A stretch of 64,000 nucleotides of DNA, from the NCBI GenBank assembly GCA_041695225.1, contig JBGFRI010000014.1:64001-128000 (forward strand). The letters run 5' to 3'. The notes under the pieces are model-generated. The model saw nothing but the letters and a program-made list of their open reading frames with translations. It had not been told where the DNA came from and did no database searches. Position 1 is the first letter of the stretch. The number at the start of each line of letters is the position of its first letter. The position numbers were made by a program, and so were the translations under genes. The stretch comes from Deinococcota bacterium (GTDB taxonomy: Bacteria > Deinococcota > Deinococci > Deinococcales > Thermaceae). Below, piece by piece: positions 10,942-20,141 of the stretch.

Positions 10942-11823
10942 TCAAAGCAGGTTCTGTGGGGCGAAGTGTCTGGCTTCGTCCATCTGGCTGGCTTTGACCA
11001 TGGCCTGGGCCTGTAACCGATCTGCCTCGGCTGGCCCCAGCACCCGCTGACCGCAGGCATGAAGCAAACGCACAATAGCCCGCATTTGCGGTAGAGACAG
11101 GGTACCCGGCAGGGCCTGCGGGGCCAGCCCGGCTTTTGCCCACGGCTTTAGGATGGTTTCCAGCAGGCCAGTGTATCCACCTTGCCGGGCTACCGCCAGC
11201 AGGGTTTGCTCCAGACGCGGGTGGTCTTTTTGCATGGCCTCGAGTATCTCCGCCACCACCATGCGAAAGACCCTGGACTCGGGCCTGGAGCGGTATTGCA
11301 GATTGCGGGGCTGGCACCATGCGGCGAGCCAGCCCAGCAGGCTGAATAAAACCCCCGCTTTTGCACGTATGGGTGCGGGCCGAGACGAGGCTGCGTCCAG
11401 GTCAAGGATGGTGGCAAACTTGGGGGTGCGGACGACCCTGCCTGCCGCAGTTGGTTCGGAAGTGAGCGGTGCCATGCCTGCTCCGGTACCAGAGCGGAGG
11501 GCCTTTAGTATTTCTGAAGGAGCAATTCTCCCGTTCTGGGTGGGCAGAACCAGGTGATCAGGGAATTTGGGGAGTTCCTCGTAGGGCAGGCGCATGGCCC
11601 GCAGCAACGCTCGTATTAGCGAGACCTGCTCCTCGGGTTTTAGCAGCTGGGTATCTGTTACCCATTCTGCTACCCGCGAAGCCACAAAATGCTCTTCTCG
11701 AACCAGCGGGTCACAAATCTTGAAAATTGCATCTACCCGCCGGTCCTCTCCCAAAACCTGCCGCAGCGCCATATATAGAACGCGCCTGCGGTGGTTGATC
11801 TGGTCGGGTATGGGATTGGACAT
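10942..11823 (-). CDS. Uncharacterised protein, 293 aa
   Basis: Long ORF with GGAG RBS; helical N- and C-terminal regions joined by a Pro/Ala-rich linker. Confidence 0.8.
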   Translation of the reverse strand: MSNPIPDQINHRRRVLYMALRQVLGEDRRVDAIFKICDPLVREEHFVASRVAEWVTDTQLLKPEEQVSLIRALLRAMRLPYEELPKFPDHLVLPTQNGRIAPSEILKALRSGTGAGMAPLTSEPTAAGRVVRTPKFATILDLDAASSRPAPIRAKAGVLFSLLGWLAAWCQPRNLQYRSRPESRVFRMVVAEILEAMQKDHPRLEQTLLAVARQGGYTGLLETILKPWAKAGLAPQALPGTLSLPQMRAIVRLLHACGQRVLGPAEADRLQAQAMVKASQMDEARHFAPQNLL

Positions 11824-11968
11824 TCAACACTCCAGGTAGTGGATATGGCCGGACAGGGGACTGGACACGCAAAACTCCAGGTGGTTGATCTGGCCGGATA
11901 TGGGGTTGTACATGCAAAACTCCAACGGTCAATCTGGTCGAATATGGGGCTGAACATGCAAAAACTTC
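11789..11968 (-). repeat. Four diverged ~45-bp tandem copies of an RBS + start codon + first ~11 codons
   Basis: Start codons at 11957, 11913, 11868 and 11823 (periods 44, 45, 45); consensus GGAGTTTTGC-ATGTCCAACCCCATATCCGACCAGATCAACCACCT. Confidence 0.9.
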
Positions 11969-12042
11969 GACAAGAGCCACTTGCCTTCTATCCCAGCCTA
12001 GCACCAGTTAGGGCTGGCAGCTGTGAGCAATCACCACCTGGG

Positions 12043-12753
12043 TCAAGACCGGAGATCGTCCTTATGGTCTTTCCAGGTTTGTTTGGCCGTTGCCAGCGCT
12101 TGGGTCAGGCCAGCCTCGAGCTTTTTGCGGTAGCGGATGGGAGCTCTGCCTCCCTCGGCCTCGTAGATACTCAGGTAGTTCAAGGTGAAACTCAGATCGC
12201 CAACCTGACCAAAAATATCCTGCAGTTTCTTAACGATCTCACTATCCTGCTGAAGCCACTCCCTGGCATAGCGCAAGCGACGCAAAGCCCGGCGCAGGGC
12301 ATGCAGGCTTTCGATACTGTCTTCGGCGCGCCACTCCTCGGCCCGGCGCTCCACGCGCTGCGCCAGGCGGGCCAGACGGGCCTGGGCCGCTTTGCCATCC
12401 AGCGGGGGTAAGATCGATAGGGCTTGCAGCAGCCCAGCCAGCCGGGGAGAGTCGAGCACCGGGATAAACTCGGTGCGGGCCTGTTTTAATCGAACCCTGG
12501 CCCACTTCTGAAACGCCGGGGGCAGGTCGGGATGCAGCAACAGTACTTCCAGGTCGCGCACCTGGCCTGCCGCGCGCACCAGCCAGGCCAGATCATCCTC
12601 CAGTACCCGCATTCCGGCCAGCTGCAACCAGACCCGCAGCCGCCGCACTGCGACCCGTACCTGGTGTACACCCTCGGGGTCCTGGCCCTGACGGGCTATG
12701 GGCAGGTGCTTTCTCAGGTGCGCAAGCCAGGGGGAGAGGGCGATGTGAGACAT
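12043..12753 (-). CDS. CHAD domain protein
   Basis: DPEGVHQVRVAVRRLR, GQVRDLEV, LHALRRALRRLRYARE, LQDIFGQVGD. Confidence 0.9.
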   Translation of the reverse strand: MSHIALSPWLAHLRKHLPIARQGQDPEGVHQVRVAVRRLRVWLQLAGMRVLEDDLAWLVRAAGQVRDLEVLLLHPDLPPAFQKWARVRLKQARTEFIPVLDSPRLAGLLQALSILPPLDGKAAQARLARLAQRVERRAEEWRAEDSIESLHALRRALRRLRYAREWLQQDSEIVKKLQDIFGQVGDLSFTLNYLSIYEAEGGRAPIRYRKKLEAGLTQALATAKQTWKDHKDDLRS

Positions 12754-13015
12754 GAAGATAGCCTAGCATTGTGGCTGGCAGCGAACCAAGACTTTGGCCG
12801 GGCCGCAATCTGGATCGCCTGGCTGTAGCCCCAGGTTGGGCAGTACCAGCCCGCAGTAAAAGCGTGGGTGACCAGACTGGGCTCGAGGTCAGCCCGGGCC
12901 TGTCGCCACAGTTCAATGATCCCGGCATCACTGATGTACAACGCTATCTGGGCGCTCGAAGTGCTGAGTCTAGGGTCGAAGCTCGAGGTTTATGATGTGC
13001 TAAACCTAAGACTTG

Positions 13016-13093
13016 GGGCCAATGGGCCTGAGCAGGCTGGTCCAGGGCCCCGTCGTGGTAGTCCTGGATGTGCAGCTGCCAGGGGGCGATTAG
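13016..13093 (+). pseudogene. Possible remnant of a response-regulator receiver domain
   Basis: ANGPEQA in one frame then GPVVVVLDVQLPGGD* in a shifted frame, resembling NGxEA...PDVVLLDxxMPxxDG. Confidence 0.35.
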
Positions 13094-13168
13094 CCCATAG
13101 CAAATAGCTGATTGCCCATAGCTTTTGACCCTCGACCCTCGACCCTCGGCCCTCGACCTTCCACCTGA
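13089..13168. repeat. Heptamer repeat cluster
   Basis: TAGCCCA/TAGCAAA/TAGCTGA units then (GACCCTC)n. Confidence 0.8.
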
Positions 13169-13249
13169 GGCTTGCAACACTCCACTAGCCCTCGGCAGCC
13201 GCGTAGCGCTGGTGGTGCATTTTTCCAGGTCGTTCTACAATGGCATCGA

Positions 13250-14818
13250 ATGAGACAGGAGTATGATTTCGTCATTGTAGGGGCGGGGTCGGCGGGGTGT
13301 GTGCTGGCCCACCGCCTGAGTGCTGTGCCCGGTCTCAAAGTCTTGCTCCTGGAAGCCGGCGAGCCCGAGCAGGGGTTTTATCACAAAGCCCCCGCAGCCT
13401 TCCCCAGGCTGTTTAAGGGGCCGTCCGACTGGGCTTTTTTCACCGAGCCACAGCCAGAGCTAAACGGACGTGAACTCTTCTGGCCCAGGGGCAGGGTGCT
13501 GGGTGGGAGCAGCAGCATCAACGCCATGATCGTGATCCGCGGCAACCCCCACGACTATAACCATTGGGCGGTGCCCGGCTGGTCGTTTGACCAGGTGTTG
13601 CCCTACTTCAAAAAACTAGAAACCCACCCCCTTGGCCCCTCGGAGTACCACGGCGACTGTGGCCCTCTGCGTGTAGAGGTGCGCAGGTATACCAACCCCC
13701 TCACCTATGCGTTTATCGAAGCAGCGGCGGCACAGGGCCTGGAGCGCAACCCCGATTTCAACGGGGCCAGACAAGAAGGGGTGGGCCTTTTTCATGTAAA
13801 CCAGAAAAACGGCGCACGATACAGCGCAGCCACTGCCTACTTAAAGCCAGCCCTGCCGCGCCCCAACCTTGATGTCCAGACCGGGGCAAGAGCCCATCGC
13901 ATTCTGTTTGAAAAAACCAGGGCGGTAGGGGTGGAGTACCGTCATCATGGCCAGATCTGGCGTGTGCGGGCAGGTCGGGGAGTGGTAGTCTCGAGCGGCT
14001 CGGTGCAGTCGCCCCAGCTCCTGATGCTCTCGGGTCTGGGTCCTGCCGATCAGCTACGGCAGCATCGGCTCGAGGTTCGGCAAGACCTGCCAGTAGGGCA
14101 GAACCTGTGGGATCATCTGGCCTTACCGGTTATCTGGCACTGCAAACTGCCCGTCAGCCTGGACAGGGCCGAAACCCTGGCCAATATCGCCCGGTATCTG
14201 CTAACCCAGCGCGGGCCGCTGGTAAGCAATGTGGCCGAGGCCGGCGCCTTTTTACGCATACAGCCTGGTGCACCTGCGCCCGACTTGCAGTTCCACTTTG
14301 GCCCGGCCTTCTTTAGCAACCATGGCTTCGACCGTGAGGAGGGCCACTTCTTTACCATTGGCCCCACCCTGATTGCTCCGCAGAGCCGGGGGTTTATCGG
14401 GCTTCGCAGCGCCGACCCAGAGGCCGCTCCGCTGATCCAGCCGCGCTACCTGAGCGAGCAGCAAGACTTAGAGGTGTTGCGGGTCGGAATAGAGCTAGCC
14501 CGCGAAATCGCTACACAAAAGGCCTTCGACCCCTACCGGGGCCAGCCCCATGCCAAACAGGCCAGTCTAAACAGCAAAGCCGATCTGGACGCTTACATAC
14601 GCCAGTACACCCAGACCCTCTACCACCCCGCCGGAACGTGCAGTATGGGACAGGTGGTGGACCAAGACCTGAAAGTTTACGGCTGCGAAAACCTCTGGGT
14701 GGTAGATGCCTCGGTAATGCCGAACGTAGTGCGCGGAAATATCAATATCCCCACCATAATGATTGCGGAAAAATTCGCCGAAACGCTGCTCGGAACTGAG
14801 CACACTCTCAATCGCTAG
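13250..14818 (+). CDS. GMC-family FAD oxidoreductase (choline dehydrogenase-like)
   Basis: YDFVIVGAGSAGCVLA, GRVLGGSSSIN, YHPAGTC, VDASVMP, GNINIPTIMIAEK. Confidence 0.93.
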   Translation: MRQEYDFVIVGAGSAGCVLAHRLSAVPGLKVLLLEAGEPEQGFYHKAPAAFPRLFKGPSDWAFFTEPQPELNGRELFWPRGRVLGGSSSINAMIVIRGNPHDYNHWAVPGWSFDQVLPYFKKLETHPLGPSEYHGDCGPLRVEVRRYTNPLTYAFIEAAAAQGLERNPDFNGARQEGVGLFHVNQKNGARYSAATAYLKPALPRPNLDVQTGARAHRILFEKTRAVGVEYRHHGQIWRVRAGRGVVVSSGSVQSPQLLMLSGLGPADQLRQHRLEVRQDLPVGQNLWDHLALPVIWHCKLPVSLDRAETLANIARYLLTQRGPLVSNVAEAGAFLRIQPGAPAPDLQFHFGPAFFSNHGFDREEGHFFTIGPTLIAPQSRGFIGLRSADPEAAPLIQPRYLSEQQDLEVLRVGIELAREIATQKAFDPYRGQPHAKQASLNSKADLDAYIRQYTQTLYHPAGTCSMGQVVDQDLKVYGCENLWVVDASVMPNVVRGNINIPTIMIAEKFAETLLGTEHTLNR

Positions 14819-14847
14819 CTCTCACCCAGGGTGTGTGGTGTCCCCCC

Positions 14848-15010
14848 GTCACTGCAAGGCCCTGAAGGAGCCTGCCCTGAGCGGAGCGAAAAGGAGCCTG
14901 CCCTGAGCGGAGCGAAGGGACCGAGGTAGTCCACTCGACAAAGACCACTCCTGGATTGCTTCGCGTCCAAAGCCTGCCTAAAGCCTGTCGAGGGGGGCGC
15001 CCGGAATGAC
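14848..15010. repeat. Palindromic interspersed repeat (GTCA...TGAC family) with internal duplication
   Basis: GTCACTGC...GAATGAC ends; two tandem GGAGCCTGCCCTGAGCGGAGCGAA units; GGATTGCTTCG. Confidence 0.7.
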
Positions 15011-15066
15011 GATTTATGTGTGTAGTAGCTGGTTTTGGAACTGACAGAACACCCGCGGGCAGTGTA

Positions 15067-15651
15067 CTAGGGCGCGGTTTCGGCCGGAACCTCGGGGGTA
15101 GAAAGTCCTGCATAAATCTGGTTCAAGCTTAAGGTCTCGTCCAGGCAGGAAATCACAAACTCCCCTTCGTTCACCAGCTCGCTCCACAACAGGTTCCACT
15201 GGGTTTTCTGGTATATCTCCACCCGCCGCTCCTCCTGCGAGACCAGCGCGTAAGTTTTTAGGGTGGGAATTTTGAAGTAGGCGTCCAGCTTCTCGCGCCG
15301 GTCGCGCTCGGCGCTGCTTCTGGATAAGACCTCAACAACGAAACAGGGCTGGTGAATCTCGTGAGTATGGGGTTCTTCTGCACAGCTGACCACCACATCG
15401 GGGTAGTAGTAGCGGTTGAGCCTGGCGACCCAGGTGCGGACTGCCTGAGTTTGAAACTGGCAGTTGCGGGCTTTGGCTTTGGCGCGGATGGCATCGGCTA
15501 TGTTGAGCACAATCTCGTTGTGCACCTTACTCTCACCGGCCATGGCGTAGACCAGGCCGTCAATGTACTCGTAGCGCTGGTCGGTTTGTTTTTCTAGTTC
15601 CAGCCACTCCTCCTTGGACAGGCGGAACAGGCGGGGGGCGCGGACAGCCAT
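15067..15651 (-). CDS. Uma2 (DUF820) family putative endonuclease
   Basis: RYEYIDG..YAMAG, YYPDVVV, VEVLSRSS, DRREK..Y. Confidence 0.92.
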   Translation of the reverse strand: MAVRAPRLFRLSKEEWLELEKQTDQRYEYIDGLVYAMAGESKVHNEIVLNIADAIRAKAKARNCQFQTQAVRTWVARLNRYYYPDVVVSCAEEPHTHEIHQPCFVVEVLSRSSAERDRREKLDAYFKIPTLKTYALVSQEERRVEIYQKTQWNLLWSELVNEGEFVISCLDETLSLNQIYAGLSTPEVPAETAP

Positions 15652-15752
15652 AACGCTATTTTAGACTGATAAAGCGACCATATACAATCTCCCGTCTATC
15701 CGCTAGACTATGAGGGTTGCCTGTGTAGGGCAGCATTCCCCCAGGAGAAACA

Positions 15753-17540
15753 GTGAGCCTCAGAAATATCGCAATTATTGCGCACGTAGACCACGGCAAG
15801 ACCACCCTGGTAGATGCCATGCTCAAACAGGCCAAGGCTCTCTCACGTCAGGACGAGGGCGGTGAGCTGATTATGGACTCGGGCGACCTCGAGCGCGAAC
15901 GCGGCATCACCATCCTGGCCAAAAACACCGCCGTAGACTGGGCAGGTGTGAAGATCAACATCGTGGATACCCCTGGACACGCCGATTTTGGCGGCGAGGT
16001 GGAGCGGGCATTGAGCATGGTGGACGGGGTATTGCTGCTGGTGGATGCCGCCGAAGGCCCCATGCCCCAGACCCGTTTTGTGCTCAAAAAGGCCATTGAG
16101 GCGGGTCTTAAGCCCATCGTGGTGATTAATAAAGTAGACAGGAAAGATGCCAGGCCCGATGAAGTCCTGAACGAAACCTTCGACCTGATGGCCGAACTGG
16201 GTGCTAGTGATGACCAGCTCGATTTCCCCCATTTGTACGCCGTTGGGCGTGAGGGAACAGCCTGGCTGGGTGACAGCCCCAAACCCGATCTGACCGACCT
16301 CTTCGAGGCCATTCTGCGGCACATCCCCGAGCCCAGAATTGCCCAAGGTACCTTTCAGTTGCGGGTGGCTAACCTCGACTACTCTAACTTTTTGGGCCGG
16401 ATTGCCCTGGGTAAGGTACACCGGGGGACGGTGCGCAAGGGCCAGTTTGTGACCATTGTTGGTGAGCACGGCAACCGCGACCTCAAGGTGGCGGCGGTCT
16501 TTACCCACCAGGGTTTAAAACGCCTGGAAGTGGACGAAGCAGCCCCCGGCGATATTGTGGCGATTGCTGGTATGGAAGGGGTAGAGATTGGCGATACCAT
16601 CGCAGCTAAAGAAGCCCCCGACGCCTTGCCCCGCCTGGCGGTGGATGAGCCCACCGTGAGCATTACCGTCACGCCCAACACCTCACCCTTTGCGGGTCGG
16701 GAGGGCAGGTTTGTCACCAGCCGTCAGATTCGGGAGCGGCTGCAAAAGGAGCTAAAGACCAACGTGGCCCTGCGGGTGATCGAGGTCACACCCGACACCT
16801 TTGAGCTGCACGGGCGGGGCGAGCTGCACCTGTCGGTGCTGCTGGAGACCATGCGCCGCGAGGGGTTCGAGCTCGCGGTAGGCCAGCCCAGCGTGCTCTA
16901 CAAAGAGGTTGAAGGGCAAATTCAGGAGCCCTACGAATACCTGGTGGTAGACGTTCCCGAGGCCAAGTTTGGCCCCGTTATGGAAACCCTGGGCAGCCGC
17001 AGAGCCCAGATGGTGCATATGGAGCAGGACTCCGGGCGCATCCGGGCCGAGTTCACCGTGCCAGCCCGGGCCCTGTTCGGCTTCCGCACCATTTTTCTGA
17101 CCCTCACCGGGGGCGAGGGTGTGATCAGCCACAACTTCCACGCCTACGGGCCGCACGTGGGCAGCCTGGAGACCCGCACCACCGGATCGGCGGTGGCCAT
17201 GGAGGCAGGCCAGGCCTATGCCTATAGCCTATACCGCCTGCAAGAGCGCATCAGCTTTTTCATTGACCCCGGCACCGAGGTATACGTGGGCATGATTGTG
17301 GGCGAAAATACGCGAGACAACGATCTGAATGTGAACGTCAACATCAACAAAAAGCTCACCAACGTGCGGGCGTCGGGCTCCGACGAGAACATCCGGCTCG
17401 TTCCCCCGCGCAAGTTTAGCCTCGAGGAGGCACTGGAATTTCTTGCTCCAGACGAACTCCTGGAAGTTACCCCCCAGAGCCTGCGCTTGCGCAAGCGGGT
17501 ACTCGACCCCAGCCAGCGCAAGAGGGCAGAAGTAGTCTAA
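15753..17540 (+). CDS. typA: Translational GTPase TypA/BipA
   Basis: [49 protein letters not shown]. Confidence 0.97.
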   Translation: MSLRNIAIIAHVDHGKTTLVDAMLKQAKALSRQDEGGELIMDSGDLERERGITILAKNTAVDWAGVKINIVDTPGHADFGGEVERALSMVDGVLLLVDAAEGPMPQTRFVLKKAIEAGLKPIVVINKVDRKDARPDEVLNETFDLMAELGASDDQLDFPHLYAVGREGTAWLGDSPKPDLTDLFEAILRHIPEPRIAQGTFQLRVANLDYSNFLGRIALGKVHRGTVRKGQFVTIVGEHGNRDLKVAAVFTHQGLKRLEVDEAAPGDIVAIAGMEGVEIGDTIAAKEAPDALPRLAVDEPTVSITVTPNTSPFAGREGRFVTSRQIRERLQKELKTNVALRVIEVTPDTFELHGRGELHLSVLLETMRREGFELAVGQPSVLYKEVEGQIQEPYEYLVVDVPEAKFGPVMETLGSRRAQMVHMEQDSGRIRAEFTVPARALFGFRTIFLTLTGGEGVISHNFHAYGPHVGSLETRTTGSAVAMEAGQAYAYSLYRLQERISFFIDPGTEVYVGMIVGENTRDNDLNVNVNINKKLTNVRASGSDENIRLVPPRKFSLEEALEFLAPDELLEVTPQSLRLRKRVLDPSQRKRAEVV

Positions 17541-17636
17541 GATAATGAGAAACTATACATTTGCTAATCTCGCGTTTTTTCACGTCCCCACGAACACCCA
17601 TCTCACTTTCTGCTTCTGCCTATAACATGGTAGGCA

Positions 17637-18344
17637 GTGGAACGCTACCGGCTCAATGAAGGGCTGATAGTCGGGCGCAAGCCGCTCCCGGCAGGAGATA
17701 TAATCCTGTCGTTTGTTGGACCGCAAGGCGCTGTGCAGGCCGTTGCCCGAAAGGCCCAGAGGCCCACCGGACGCAGTGGGCGGCTCTCGCTGTTTCATCA
17801 CCTCAAATACCAGACCTACCAAAAACCAGGCAACGACCTCCCCACCCTCACTCAGGCCGAGCTAGTGGGGCGTTTAGACGGGCTGGAAGCCCCTGGGCGT
17901 TTCCCCTATGCTAGTTTTCTGGCTGAACTGGCATTTCGCATCGCTTCGCCCGAGGTTGCTGGCAAAATTTGGCCCCTGCTCACCTCGGGTCTGAAAGGGA
18001 TTGCCAAGCATCCAGACCCCCGAGTCGCCCTGATCTGGGCTGGCTGGCGCGTGCTCAAGGCCGCTGGTCTGGCGCCCAACCTGAGGGGCAAGGGTATGGG
18101 CCTGCTGGATGGTGACCGGGTGGAGCGTGCCTCGTCTGGGCCTGGGGCCGGGGTCTATCTGGGGCCGGATGGACTGGAAGCCCTGGCTGCTATCTTGCGG
18201 CTGCCTGGCACTGAGGCCATAGCAGTACTCGAGGATAAGGCGCTACTGGATCGCTTGCAGCAAGCCCTGCTGGCTCATGTGCGCTATTCGGTAGGTGAGC
18301 TTGGCTCAGCCCAGTTTCTGCTCAGTTCTCATGCAAGAGGGTAA
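17637..18344 (+). CDS. recO: DNA repair protein RecO
   Basis: N-terminal OB-fold pattern (GLIVGRKPLPAGDIIL...AVARKA...LSLFHH) typical of Deinococcus-Thermus RecO. Confidence 0.8.
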   Translation: MERYRLNEGLIVGRKPLPAGDIILSFVGPQGAVQAVARKAQRPTGRSGRLSLFHHLKYQTYQKPGNDLPTLTQAELVGRLDGLEAPGRFPYASFLAELAFRIASPEVAGKIWPLLTSGLKGIAKHPDPRVALIWAGWRVLKAAGLAPNLRGKGMGLLDGDRVERASSGPGAGVYLGPDGLEALAAILRLPGTEAIAVLEDKALLDRLQQALLAHVRYSVGELGSAQFLLSSHARG

Positions 18345-18346
18345 GA

Positions 18347-19843
18347 ATGAGCGCGATGCAACTGGCTTTTGTACTGGCATCTACTCTGGGGGCCGCTTGG
18401 TTTTTGATTCCCCTGCTCAACCAAAGCCAACCCTCGCCATCGTCAGCCGACCAGAGCATTCGCGTTCTGCTGTCTTATCGGCTGGGTGCTGGCTCGTTTG
18501 ATGCGCAGTACATGTTTCCAAACCTGCAGTTAGTCATTCTAGGTGGTAATGTGCAGGTTTCTACTGGCCCTAACCGTCAGGTTCTCCGGCCTGTTGCCAG
18601 TGTCTCTTCCGACCAACCTGTGGGCTTCAATCTGCAAGACGGCAGTCTGGTAGCCACCATTGAAGGCATAAATCATACGCTGGAAGAGGTGGTAAACCTA
18701 AAGCCAGCCGACCCAGCCATTCCTGTACAGTTTCGCCTGCTATCTACCGCCCGACAAAATCTGGCGCCGGAGTATCCCGGTGAGCTGTGGCTCGAGGTTC
18801 GGGGTAGCGGCCTGCTGGTAGTTAACCAGGTGGATTTCCAGGACTACCTGAAGCGGGTGCTCCCCAGCGAGATGCCCCCCACCTTCCACCCCGAGGCCCT
18901 CAAGGCCCAGGCGGTTGCCGCGCGCACCTATGCCTACAGCCGGCGAGCATCCAGCAGTTTTTGGAAGCAGTTCGGAGCCGATCTAGACGACTCCACCAGC
19001 GAGCAGGTCTACAACAACAACCGCACCCATCCCGCTACTACCAGGGCTGTGGAAGCGACCTACAATCAGATTCTGCGTTTTGAGGGCCGGCCCATTCAGG
19101 CTTTCTATTTCTCTACCAGCCCTGGTGCCACTGCCAGCATAGAGGAGGTCTGGATGGACCGGCCTGCGCGACCGTATCTGGTTGGTCGGGCTCAGACCAA
19201 CCCCTTTTCTGTCTCAATAGAAAACGAGGCCCAGGCTCTGGAGTTTTTCCAGAACCACAGCCCCGAAGGCTTTCTTGATGCCAGCTCGTCTTTGTGGCGC
19301 TGGAGTGTTAGCCTGAGCCGTGAAGAGCTAGAAGCCATTCTCTCCCGCACCCTCCCCGAGCGGGCCAGGGCCTCACCCAGGTTTGTCCTGACCCCCCTGG
19401 GTCCGCTTTCACCTGACGCCCCAGGCTTTACCCTGGGCACCCTGCAAAACCTCCGGGTGCTCAGGCGAACTGCGGGGGGCTTTGTGACCGATCTGGAAAT
19501 ACAAACCTCCACCGGGCTTTTTGTGGTACGACGGGAGTCGAATATACGCAACTTGCTGCGCCCAAGCAGGGCTTTTACGGGTGGAAACGACGTTTTATTG
19601 CAGCCCTGGCGTGGCCAGCCTCGAGCCAACTTTTCGGTCATGCCTAGCTCGGCCTTTGCGATGCAAAAAGAACGCGATGCCAATGGACATTTGCTGCGGG
19701 TTACCTTTTTTGGCGGGGGTTTTGGGCACGGGGTGGGGATGAGCCAGTTTGGCGCCAACGGTCTGGGCAGGCTGGGGTATAGTTACGTGGAAATTTTGCA
19801 GCACTTTTTTCCCGGCGCCGAGATCTCCCCTATGACCGAGTGA
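18347..19843 (+). CDS. SpoIID/LytB domain protein (putative lytic transglycosylase)
   Basis: YLKRVLPSEMP, EALKAQAVAARTYA, GFGHGVGMSQFGA. Confidence 0.92.
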   Translation: MSAMQLAFVLASTLGAAWFLIPLLNQSQPSPSSADQSIRVLLSYRLGAGSFDAQYMFPNLQLVILGGNVQVSTGPNRQVLRPVASVSSDQPVGFNLQDGSLVATIEGINHTLEEVVNLKPADPAIPVQFRLLSTARQNLAPEYPGELWLEVRGSGLLVVNQVDFQDYLKRVLPSEMPPTFHPEALKAQAVAARTYAYSRRASSSFWKQFGADLDDSTSEQVYNNNRTHPATTRAVEATYNQILRFEGRPIQAFYFSTSPGATASIEEVWMDRPARPYLVGRAQTNPFSVSIENEAQALEFFQNHSPEGFLDASSSLWRWSVSLSREELEAILSRTLPERARASPRFVLTPLGPLSPDAPGFTLGTLQNLRVLRRTAGGFVTDLEIQTSTGLFVVRRESNIRNLLRPSRAFTGGNDVLLQPWRGQPRANFSVMPSSAFAMQKERDANGHLLRVTFFGGGFGHGVGMSQFGANGLGRLGYSYVEILQHFFPGAEISPMTE

Positions 19844-20141
19844 CAAAAGCCCCCGATGGGGTCTCCCTGAGTGCTTCAACTCGCAACGAAACCATGGCGC
19901 CATACAGGTAGATTCAGGTGCCGGGTTGAGCACAACATAGCCCAGTGTGCCGAAGTCCTTAGGAACCGAAGGGGAAACAGCTCTAGCCAAATAATATTCA
20001 GCATATATGGTGCGGACCACTTAGCCAGGGGTCGGTCTGCGGCGGTGGGGTTGGCGACTCTTCGCTTAGAGATTTTTCGCTTTGCTTAGGGATTAGCGCT
20101 AGGCACACTCCATAGCGACAAAGGCGTTATATAATTTTGCT

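Noticed and set aside
11789..11968. Reading the array as CRISPR, a type III antitoxin or a DGR template
   Set aside because: No spacers or cas genes; no terminator between repeats and gene; last unit is coding; substitutions are not adenine-restricted and no reverse transcriptase is nearby
11791..12411. 206-aa plus-strand ORF with repeated LQVVDLAG
   Set aside because: Antisense reading of the 45-bp array and the CHAD gene; no start signals seen
19850..20140. Possible cobalamin riboswitch before the mutase
   Set aside because: No B12-box core found and the gene appears leaderless
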